60,707 nucleotides of DNA from Candidatus Cloacimonadota bacterium (GTDB taxonomy: Bacteria > Cloacimonadota > Cloacimonadia > Cloacimonadales > JAMOQM01), in assembly GCA_027064005.1 (NCBI GenBank), contig JAMOQM010000027.1:1-60707 (forward strand). Direction: 5' to 3'. The notes below the pieces were generated by a model. The model was not told where the DNA came from. It saw only the letters and a program-made list of their open reading frames with translations, and did no database searches. The position numbers and the translations under genes were made by a program. Positions 1 through 7,222 of this stretch are shown piece by piece (position 1 is the stretch's first letter; the number at the start of each line of letters is the position of its first letter).

Positions 1-1686
1 GATATAATTAATTTTAATCCTGAAAATTTTAGCGGTTCTATATTCTTATCAGATGATATTCCTATTCCGAATTGCATTTATTTAGATAATACGAATAATA
101 ATATTTTTAATGCTAATTTTGAACTACACTATAGAAACAATAATATAATTACAAATCAATATTTCCAAATTTCGAATAATAATTTTACTGACAAATTCAA
201 TAGTATTAAAGATAAAGTTGAAAAAGTTATTAATGATCAAAACAAGATCAATTATGTATTAATTAAACTTTTTTGGAAACAATCTCAAGGTGTATGGGAT
301 GAGATTTTGCATAAAGTAGAGGAAAGCATTAAAGATGAAAATATAGATCAATTCAAGTTAGTTGAACAATTAATTAATTTTAGTGAAATAATTAATGAAT
401 TTGATAATAGTAATATACAAAGCACCTCTGAAATAAACAGAGTCTTTTTTGATGTAATTCATAAAAAGAAAATTCTATCTGTTACAGAAATTCAACATCC
501 ATTAAATTTGTTAATAAAGTATAAAAAATATTTCATGAATAATACTAATTTGGTATTGCAATTATTAAAAAAAGTAGAAAGGTTGAAAACTTTAAAAGAA
601 TATGAAAAATTGTTTTCATTGTTTACAGGAATCAAATTGCAATCACAATGCTCTGAGTTTTTAGTTGAATTAATAAAATTACATATAAAAGAAAATTATA
701 AATTTATTGATAATAAATTATTTGAAAATATTATTAATACAACTAATTATAAATATTTAAAAAACATTGAAAAAGAAATTGAAAATTTTTATAAATTAGT
801 TATAAGTAAACTGCAACGCCCCAAATCATTTGAACAACTTACAGATATTTACAAAATTATAAATAAAAGTGAGTTTAAAGATATCATCAAAAATAGAACA
901 GATTTATCAAAAAATGTTTTCCCACTTTACGAACGATCCTACTTTACAGAAAATTTTTATAATCAGTTAAGAAATCAAAATAATTTTGAAATTGCATTAA
1001 AGAAGATGAAACAAGCTGATCTGAATTTAGTGAAAATCTTCAACAAATTTAATGAAAATATAAAAGAAAGTATTATTGATTTAATTGATGAAAATTCAAT
1101 TAAGATAACTTTGGTAAATTCTGATTCAATTAGCAAAATAGCAAAATTAGTGACTCAATGGATTAATAATTTCAATTCTATACAAGAATTGATTCCGTAT
1201 AATTCAAAATTAATTAAAATCAATGATAATATAAATACTATTAAATCTATTTTGAGGAAATATACAAATGATATTCCTCAGAAATTTTCAAAAGTTTACT
1301 TATTAGATACAAATGTTTTTATTGATAAACCTGACATATTGGATTTGTTTAACCAAAAAAGAGATTACATTTTACTCTCAAAAAAGGTTATTGATGAACT
1401 TGATAAATTTAAGATTTCAAAACAAGAATCACAAAAAGCAATAAAATCAATAAATACCAACAAAAGTAACAACAATATTGTATTTGAAGAATCTGATGTT
1501 ACGCTTTTACCCATCGCATATGATAAGAAAAATCCTGATAATCAGATTCTTTCTATTGCATTGAAATATAAACACTCCGATCCAATTATTATTACATCGG
1601 ATATAAATTTCCAAAATAAAGCTTTTGGTGAGAAAATTAAAGTTATGTCTTTAAAACAATTTTTAGCAAAAAGAAAAAGGGGGTAA
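1..1686 (+). CDS. Large hypothetical protein with a C-terminal PIN (YlaK/PhoH2-type) ribonuclease domain. The 5' end lies outside the window.
   Basis: Frame 1 is open from base 1 into the listed 307..1686 ORF, so the listed TTG start is a window-edge artefact. The last ~130 aa carry PIN-type blocks: VYLLDTNVFID, VIDELDKFK, NPDNQILSIAL, IIITSDINFQNKA. The rest is Asn/Lys-rich with no recognisable motif. Confidence 0.6.
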   Translation, partial: DIINFNPENFSGSIFLSDDIPIPNCIYLDNTNNNIFNANFELHYRNNNIITNQYFQISNNNFTDKFNSIKDKVEKVINDQNKINYVLIKLFWKQSQGVWDEILHKVEESIKDENIDQFKLVEQLINFSEIINEFDNSNIQSTSEINRVFFDVIHKKKILSVTEIQHPLNLLIKYKKYFMNNTNLVLQLLKKVERLKTLKEYEKLFSLFTGIKLQSQCSEFLVELIKLHIKENYKFIDNKLFENIINTTNYKYLKNIEKEIENFYKLVISKLQRPKSFEQLTDIYKIINKSEFKDIIKNRTDLSKNVFPLYERSYFTENFYNQLRNQNNFEIALKKMKQADLNLVKIFNKFNENIKESIIDLIDENSIKITLVNSDSISKIAKLVTQWINNFNSIQELIPYNSKLIKINDNINTIKSILRKYTNDIPQKFSKVYLLDTNVFIDKPDILDLFNQKRDYILLSKKVIDELDKFKISKQESQKAIKSINTNKSNNNIVFEESDVTLLPIAYDKKNPDNQILSIALKYKHSDPIIITSDINFQNKAFGEKIKVMSLKQFLAKRKRG

Positions 1687-1687
1687 T

Positions 1688-2812
1688 ATGAGCCGAAATG
1701 CAAGTCTGATTTATGAATTAGAGAGAAAAAGAAGAAGAGAATTATATCTAAAAAGAATTGAAGAAAACACTAAATATTATCTTGCAAAATATTCAGAAAT
1801 GTATAATGCATTCAGAAGAAGTGGTTACTATGATTTAATTCCTGATGAAATGAAACAGCTTAAAATTGATTTAAGTTTAATTAGAGAACAAGTAAATAAT
1901 GATATTGAAAGAGCAAATCAGATTTCTAAAAATGTTGGGGATTATATTTATAGTCTTAAAAGTATAGCTCACGAAGTAGAAATACAAGAAAAAGAAATTT
2001 CTATTAAAAGACAAGCAAGGCAACAAATTGAAAATCGGCTAAAGACAACTGAGATTACCAAACAATTAGACAAACTACTTTCTTCTATTTCAGATCCTAT
2101 TATTAGAGATTTTGCTTTTGATTTAAGCTGGGACATAAAAGAGAAATTAAAAAAATCACAGGATTCTGATTTTGAAAAAATACAGAATGAGTTTGAGACT
2201 ATTTTAAATGAAGCTAAAAAGAAGGCGAAAGAATGGAAAAATAGCAAAAAAGTAATAAACAAGAAACATTCAGTAAAAGAAAAAATCAAAATACAAATCG
2301 AAAGAATTGAAAAATCAAAGAAAGAAAACAGTGAAGAAATAGAAAAAATTCTCAAAAACCTGAAACAAGCCAAGAAGAGTATTGATAATACAAATATAAC
2401 GGATATAGAAGAAGTTGTTTTGGAAAATTCAAAAAAAGCAGAGGACGTAATTTTAGATGAAAGAATTAGACGAGAGACAGTAAAATCACTTTACAATATT
2501 CTTAATCAGCAAGGCTTTATTGTCTCAAAACCAAGAATTGATACAAAAGAGAATATAGTTATTTTATCTGCTAAAAAACCATCTGGAAATAAAGCAAATT
2601 GCAAAATCAAACTTGATGGTAAGTTTTCTTATGAATTCGATAATTATAAAGGTATGAGTTGTAATAAAGATATTGAGGATATGAAAAAACAATTAAATGA
2701 AATTTACGGTATAAAATTGAAGGATGAGCAAATAACTTGGGAAAATCCAAATAGAATTTACAAAGATGCAGAAAGTATGCTATCATCAAATACAAATGAA
2801 AACGGAAGGTGA
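1688..2812 (+). CDS. Coiled-coil protein of unknown function (374 aa)
   Basis: ATG lies 1 nt after the upstream stop and is preceded by AGGGGG. A long Lys/Glu-rich, heptad-like central region is followed by a ~110-aa globular C-terminus. No catalytic motif was recognised. Confidence 0.55.
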   Translation: MSRNASLIYELERKRRRELYLKRIEENTKYYLAKYSEMYNAFRRSGYYDLIPDEMKQLKIDLSLIREQVNNDIERANQISKNVGDYIYSLKSIAHEVEIQEKEISIKRQARQQIENRLKTTEITKQLDKLLSSISDPIIRDFAFDLSWDIKEKLKKSQDSDFEKIQNEFETILNEAKKKAKEWKNSKKVINKKHSVKEKIKIQIERIEKSKKENSEEIEKILKNLKQAKKSIDNTNITDIEEVVLENSKKAEDVILDERIRRETVKSLYNILNQQGFIVSKPRIDTKENIVILSAKKPSGNKANCKIKLDGKFSYEFDNYKGMSCNKDIEDMKKQLNEIYGIKLKDEQITWENPNRIYKDAESMLSSNTNENGR

Positions 2813-2814
2813 AT

Positions 2815-4713
2815 ATGAAAACTTATAAACCAAAATGGATTGATAACCTTGAAAGAGAAATTCAAATAAGAAAAGCAATTATCTTAAATGGCAATATAAA
2901 CGATCTTTATTATAATTCGCAGAAAGATTCCTATCATTCAATTATTAACATAATATCAAGTATTGGGAATAAATATTATGATAGAATTATTAATTGGGAT
3001 CAATTCAGTGGTGTTTCTGATAAAGAGGGCATTAAAGAATTAGAAAGTAGTTTTCAAAAAGAAGAAGATTCAAGCTCTGCTAATAATGATGAATACGATA
3101 TGGGAAATGATAGCTATAATGGCACACAATCATTAAAGAGATCTTATGATAAACCAGAAGATTTTTTCCCTTTAATTTATCACACTTTTGTTGAGGAAAG
3201 TGACAAAAATAAACTCTTCATTATTGATTTCTCTCAATATATTTTTAATAATTCAAACACATTACCTCAAGATGAAAGAAAATGGCTTAATATTTTAGAT
3301 AAAATTCTTCGATATTCGGATACAGATATTACAAATATTGATAAAAAATCAAATTCAATTATTTTCTTATTCAATGGTCAAAACAGTTTACCATATTCTT
3401 TAATCAATAACAATCCGTTAATTACTTCAATTTCAATTCCATTCCCTGAAAGAAAAGATAGAGCATTCTTCGTAAAAAAGTACCTAAACTATTTTAAATT
3501 TGATAAAGAGCTAAACCAAAATAATGAGAACGATAATATTGTTATTGATGATTTTATTGATTCATTAGATGGATTTTGCATTAGAGAGATCAAACAATTA
3601 GTTAAACTATCAAAAAAATATAAAGATAAAGACCAAAACTCTCTTAATCCTAAAAAACTTATAAATTTATTTAAATACGGAATAACCAGCAGTCCTTGGG
3701 AGGATTTATCAAAAGAAAAATTAAAGACAATTCAAGAAACTTTAAAGAAAAGAGTAAAAGGACAAGATGAAGCAATTGAAAAGGTAAAAGATGTTATTGT
3801 TCGTGCTTTTACTGGACTATCTGGTATTCATCATTCAGCAAAAAAAAGTAAACCAAAAGGAATCTTATTTTTTGTGGGTCCAACAGGTGTTGGCAAAACT
3901 GAATTAGCAAAAAGTTTAGCTGAATTTCTTTTTGGAGATGAAGAAGCTTGTCTGCGTTTTGATATGTCTGAATACAATCATGAGCATAGTGACCAAAGAC
4001 TTGTTGGTGCACCTCCTGGTTATGTTGGTTATGAGAGAGGTGGTCAACTAACCAATGCTGTTAAGGAAAAGCCTTTTTCAATTATTTTGTTTGATGAGAT
4101 TGAGAAAGCTCACGGCAAAATTTTGGATAAATTTCTCCAGATATTTGAAGATGGCAGGCTAACAGATGGTAAAGGCGAGACAGTATCATTTTCTGAAAGC
4201 ATAATAATTTTCACATCAAATATTGGAACAACTTCAGAAGCATCAGTAAATCAGCAAATTAAAAAGAAAATTGATATGAATTATGATGAACTAAAAAATT
4301 ATTTTATCGAAAAAGTAAATACTCATTTTTCTGCACCTGATTCTGAAGGTGGATTAGGTAGACCTGAACTTTTAAATAGGATTGGCGACAACATTGTAGT
4401 TTTTAATTATATAAAAAATGAAGATATCATGTTTGAAATTACAAAAGCAAAGTTAAAACCTTTATATGAGTTTATTAAAGAAAAATATAAAATGGAAATT
4501 TCTTTTGATGATGAAGAGAAATCTTTAAGAGCACTTATTAAAAAAGTAAATAAAGAACATGGAGGTAGAGGTATCCTTAATGTTATTGAACCTAAAATAA
4601 TTGATCCTTTAGCAGATTTTATTTTTGAGAACAGCGAAATTTTTTATCCAGGTAGAAAAATAATCATCTCACAAATTGCTAACAAAACTTTATTTGAATT
4701 TGAGTTAAAATAA
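2815..4713 (+). CDS. ClpA/ClpB-like AAA+ ATPase with a degenerate N-terminal AAA-like half and an intact Clp D2-type module
   Basis: Walker A FFVGPTGVGKTELAK; Walker B IILFDEIEKAH; GAPPGYVGYERGGQLT; sensor-1 IIIFTSN; GRPELLNRI; sensor-2-like GGRGILN. The N-terminal ~330 aa keep AAA-like strands (LFIIDFSQ, ISIPFPERKDR) but have no P-loop. An alternative GTG start at 2809 overlaps the upstream stop. Confidence 0.8.
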   Translation: MKTYKPKWIDNLEREIQIRKAIILNGNINDLYYNSQKDSYHSIINIISSIGNKYYDRIINWDQFSGVSDKEGIKELESSFQKEEDSSSANNDEYDMGNDSYNGTQSLKRSYDKPEDFFPLIYHTFVEESDKNKLFIIDFSQYIFNNSNTLPQDERKWLNILDKILRYSDTDITNIDKKSNSIIFLFNGQNSLPYSLINNNPLITSISIPFPERKDRAFFVKKYLNYFKFDKELNQNNENDNIVIDDFIDSLDGFCIREIKQLVKLSKKYKDKDQNSLNPKKLINLFKYGITSSPWEDLSKEKLKTIQETLKKRVKGQDEAIEKVKDVIVRAFTGLSGIHHSAKKSKPKGILFFVGPTGVGKTELAKSLAEFLFGDEEACLRFDMSEYNHEHSDQRLVGAPPGYVGYERGGQLTNAVKEKPFSIILFDEIEKAHGKILDKFLQIFEDGRLTDGKGETVSFSESIIIFTSNIGTTSEASVNQQIKKKIDMNYDELKNYFIEKVNTHFSAPDSEGGLGRPELLNRIGDNIVVFNYIKNEDIMFEITKAKLKPLYEFIKEKYKMEISFDDEEKSLRALIKKVNKEHGGRGILNVIEPKIIDPLADFIFENSEIFYPGRKIIISQIANKTLFEFELK

Positions 4714-4716
4714 TTT

Positions 4717-5298
4717 ATGTTAAAACTAAATATAGCAAATATTATTAATTGCACAGAAGTTGAAGGTCCTGGTAAAAGATTTGCCATTTGGGTTCAAGGA
4801 TGTTTGAAAAGATGCAAAGGATGTTGCAATCCTGAAATGTTAGATTTAAAATCAAATCAAATTATCAGCATTCATAATGTTATTAAGGAAATTCAAAAAG
4901 CTGTAATAAATTATGAGATTGAAGGTATTACATTTATCGGAGGTGAGCCATTTTTACAAGCAAAAGGTTTATCCGAAATTGCTAAATATTGCAGAAAAAA
5001 TAATTTATCAGTAATGATTTTTTCAGGTTATACCTTAAAAGAAATTCAAAATGGTGAATTTGAAGAGTCTCAGAAATTACTTGATAATTGTGATATTCTT
5101 GTTGATGGGGAATTTGAAATAAATAACCTTGATTATGAAAGAAATTGGATTGGCTCCAAAAATCAAAAAATTCACTATTTATCAGATTTTTATTCAAAAG
5201 GTATAGAGTATTCAAAAGAATTCAAAGAAGGTTTAGAGTTTAGAATAATGAAAAATAATATTCAGTTTAATGGAGACCCTATTGGCTGTGAGTTGTGA
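4717..5298 (+). CDS. NrdG-like radical-SAM activating enzyme (4Fe-4S single-cluster family), orphan: no glycyl-radical partner is visible
   Basis: N-terminal GPGKRFAIWVQGCLKRCKGCCNPE (CxxxCxxC cluster next to the GPG motif), GITFIGGEP, and DILVDGEF, as in anaerobic RNR activases. The start is 3 nt after the AAA+ stop. Confidence 0.75.
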   Translation: MLKLNIANIINCTEVEGPGKRFAIWVQGCLKRCKGCCNPEMLDLKSNQIISIHNVIKEIQKAVINYEIEGITFIGGEPFLQAKGLSEIAKYCRKNNLSVMIFSGYTLKEIQNGEFEESQKLLDNCDILVDGEFEINNLDYERNWIGSKNQKIHYLSDFYSKGIEYSKEFKEGLEFRIMKNNIQFNGDPIGCEL

Positions 5299-5307
5299 TG
5301 AAAAATG

Positions 5308-5386
5308 CCTTATAACACACGTGCCCACAATAAGCAAGTAGTGAAGCAAGAAGATTCGTGGCACACTCCACTCATTATTGGTATAA
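5308..5386 (+). repeat. Copy A of a recurrent structured intergenic element (long form)
   Basis: Shared architecture with copies B, C and D: 5' box YTAACACA, a variable segment, CGTGGYA, the hairpin GTGG-loop-CCAC, then CATTAYWSS. The 5' CCTTATAA can pair with the 3' TTATTGG. Copies A and C share the insert AAGCAAG.AG..A.GCAAGA.GA. Confidence 0.6.
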
Positions 5387-5431
5387 AAAAGATATTAATA
5401 GCTACGGCTAAATAATCAAAAGGAGGAAAAT

Positions 5432-5551
5432 ATGGAATATTCAACACCTGAAGTAATTGCAGTAAGTCTTGATGATCAAGAAACAGTCGCTACTGCTTCG
5501 ATGTCTTGTGAAGATCCTGATGAAGATTGTAGTACATGGCGATGGAGTTAA
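5432..5551 (+). CDS. RiPP precursor peptide (39 aa, not in the ORF track): MEYSTPEVIAVSLDDQETVATASMSCEDPDEDCSTWRWS
   Basis: AGGAGG RBS at 5421-5426, then ATG at 5432. The acidic leader is followed by a C-terminal core with two Cys and a WRW motif. Its stop lies just before the radical-SAM/SPASM gene, and the maturase's listed ORF overlaps it. Confidence 0.65.
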   Translation: MEYSTPEVIAVSLDDQETVATASMSCEDPDEDCSTWRWS

Positions 5552-5556
5552 AAAAA

Positions 5557-7080
5557 ATGGGAGAAGAAAAATCTTCTCCCGTTTTAAATTATTCAAACAT
5601 ACTTGGAGAAATAAAAATGATGTTTAAATTAAGAAATGATTCTTTCATTCGGATTTTTGATAATTTTGGATATATTGTAAATCAACAAAAAAAGAATGAT
5701 AGAATTTATGATAAAATTGGAAGTATCTTCTTACAACAAATCTTGAGAGAACCACAAGAAATAATTACCGTTACAAAAAAAATTGTAGATAAATTTAACG
5801 ATGTTCCATTTAAGAAAGTTTATGCTGATTTTAAAAATTTTCTATCGGAGTTAGAGAGGAATTATTTTATATTGACTGCTAATTCTTTGAATGAACTTAA
5901 CAAAAAAGAAGCCAACCATGAAGAAAATATTGATAACTTCTCGAATAAGTCATTGATTGGATCCAAAAGTCCTAAACTTGAAAGCACTAAAACTTTCTTA
6001 AATAAGTATTTTTTTACAAATCCTACAGTTTTTGCTCTTCAAATAGAATTAACAACATTTTGTAATGAACATTGTTTGCATTGTTATATTCCGCAAAAAT
6101 ATAGAAATACATTACTCACTTATAAGAGTATTTGTGGTATCCTAGATCAAGCAAGAGATATGCAAACTCTTGCTGTATCCTTTTCAGGTGGCGAACCAAT
6201 GTCTCATCCTGATTTTATTAAGATATTAGAGTATGCGAGAGAAAAAGATTTTTCTATTACTATCTTAAGCAATTTGACATTATTAAATACAGAAATTTTA
6301 GAAACGTTGAAAAGAATTAATGTTAACCAAATACAAGTCTCATTATATTCAATGACACCAAAAATCCATGATTCTATTACAAAGATTGCGGGCTCTTTTA
6401 GTAAAACCTATAATGCTATTAAATCATTAATCAAAAATAATATTCCTCTTCGAATTAGCTGTCCATTAACAAAACTCAACTACATATCTTACAAAGAAGT
6501 ATTACAATTTGGGCAAAAAAACAATATTAAAGTTGATACAGATTTTACTATTATGGCAAGATCCGATTATAGTACAGACAACCTTCAATTCAGATTGACT
6601 TCAGAAGAAATTCAGACAGTATTACATGATATTTTTATTTATAACAGCAAATACACACAATCTTTACTGAAATACAAACCTTATTCTGTTGAAGAAAAGC
6701 AACAAGATAACGAACGGCCACTTTGTGGTGTTGGATTTAATAAAATTGCTATATCTAGTTCAGGAAATGTCATTCCTTGTGCAGGATGGCACAACCTTAA
6801 ACTAGGGCATATTGGTGATGATAAACTTTTAGATATTTGGACTAATTCTTTTCATTTAAATAATATTAGAAAGTTAAAACAAAAAGACTTTTCAGAATGC
6901 GTTAATTGTGAAGCAAAGAAATACTGTTCTATATGTCTATTAAGAAATTTTAATGAATATAATGGAGATATGTTAAAGTTTAATAAAATTCAGTGTGAGG
7001 TAGCATTTCAGACAATGAATACTGCAAAAGAATTATTTTTTGATAAAAATATTCATTTTGAAGAGCGACTGGACATGTAA
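5557..7080 (+). CDS. Radical-SAM/SPASM peptide maturase with an N-terminal PqqD-like RiPP-recognition (RRE) region
   Basis: Radical-SAM motif ELTTFCNEHCLHCY plus SFSGGEP. SPASM signature CGVGFNKIAISSSGNVIPC ... CVNCEAKKYCSIC ... CEVAF. The N-terminal FKLRNDSFIRIFDNFGYIVNQ is PqqD-like. The listed start at 5536 overlaps the precursor. ATG 5557 and ATG 5617 both follow a GGAG. Confidence 0.85.
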   Translation: MGEEKSSPVLNYSNILGEIKMMFKLRNDSFIRIFDNFGYIVNQQKKNDRIYDKIGSIFLQQILREPQEIITVTKKIVDKFNDVPFKKVYADFKNFLSELERNYFILTANSLNELNKKEANHEENIDNFSNKSLIGSKSPKLESTKTFLNKYFFTNPTVFALQIELTTFCNEHCLHCYIPQKYRNTLLTYKSICGILDQARDMQTLAVSFSGGEPMSHPDFIKILEYAREKDFSITILSNLTLLNTEILETLKRINVNQIQVSLYSMTPKIHDSITKIAGSFSKTYNAIKSLIKNNIPLRISCPLTKLNYISYKEVLQFGQKNNIKVDTDFTIMARSDYSTDNLQFRLTSEEIQTVLHDIFIYNSKYTQSLLKYKPYSVEEKQQDNERPLCGVGFNKIAISSSGNVIPCAGWHNLKLGHIGDDKLLDIWTNSFHLNNIRKLKQKDFSECVNCEAKKYCSICLLRNFNEYNGDMLKFNKIQCEVAFQTMNTAKELFFDKNIHFEERLDM

Positions 7081-7118
7081 CTTTTCTAATAGAATAGTTT
7101 TCTGAAAAATCATTGTTA

Positions 7119-7183
7119 TTAACCGGTAACACAGCTATCCGTGCCTATCGGCGTGGTAGCTGCCACCCATTACACCCGATTAA
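7119..7183 (+). repeat. Copy B of the recurrent structured intergenic element (short form)
   Basis: TTAACCGGTAACACA ... CCGTGCC-TATC-GGCGTGG ... GTGGTAGCTGCCAC CCATTACACCCGATTAA. The ends are complementary, and the inner helix keeps pairing through G-U wobbles relative to copy D. Confidence 0.6.
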
Positions 7184-7222
7184 TTTTTTTATATTATGGA
7201 ATTAAATGAAAGGAGGAATTAA

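Noticed and set aside
1969-2373. Antisense or alternative-frame ORFs inside long genes
   Set aside because: These include 1969..2373, 3809..4012, 8094..8291, 14671..14922, 14695..15009, 18283..18582, 20572..20961, 25647..25859, 27792..28163, 35782..36006, 40254..40460, 53345..53704 and 58217..58579. They are shadow ORFs typical of AT-rich, low-stop frames. They lack RBSs and recognisable motifs and fully overlap strongly supported genes.
4540-4580. GGRGILN in the AAA+ protein as a glycyl-radical motif that would make it the substrate of the NrdG-like activase
   Set aside because: The position corresponds to the Clp sensor-2 GARPL(R/K)R motif. It does not resemble RVxG(F/Y/W) glycyl-radical sites.
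5308-5386. The structured element as a classical integron attC site
   Set aside because: The canonical R''/R' boxes (RYYYAAC ... GTTRRRY) are not satisfied. The 3' box is ATTA rather than GTT, and no intI is present in the window. A looser structural analogy is kept as a hypothesis only.
5305-5415. 36-aa ORF (MPYNTRAHNKQVVKQEDSWHTPLIIGIKKILIATAK) as a second RiPP precursor
   Set aside because: It coincides with copy A of the intergenic element. The other copies do not preserve a reading frame: the conserved boxes fall in different frames and the indels are not multiples of 3.
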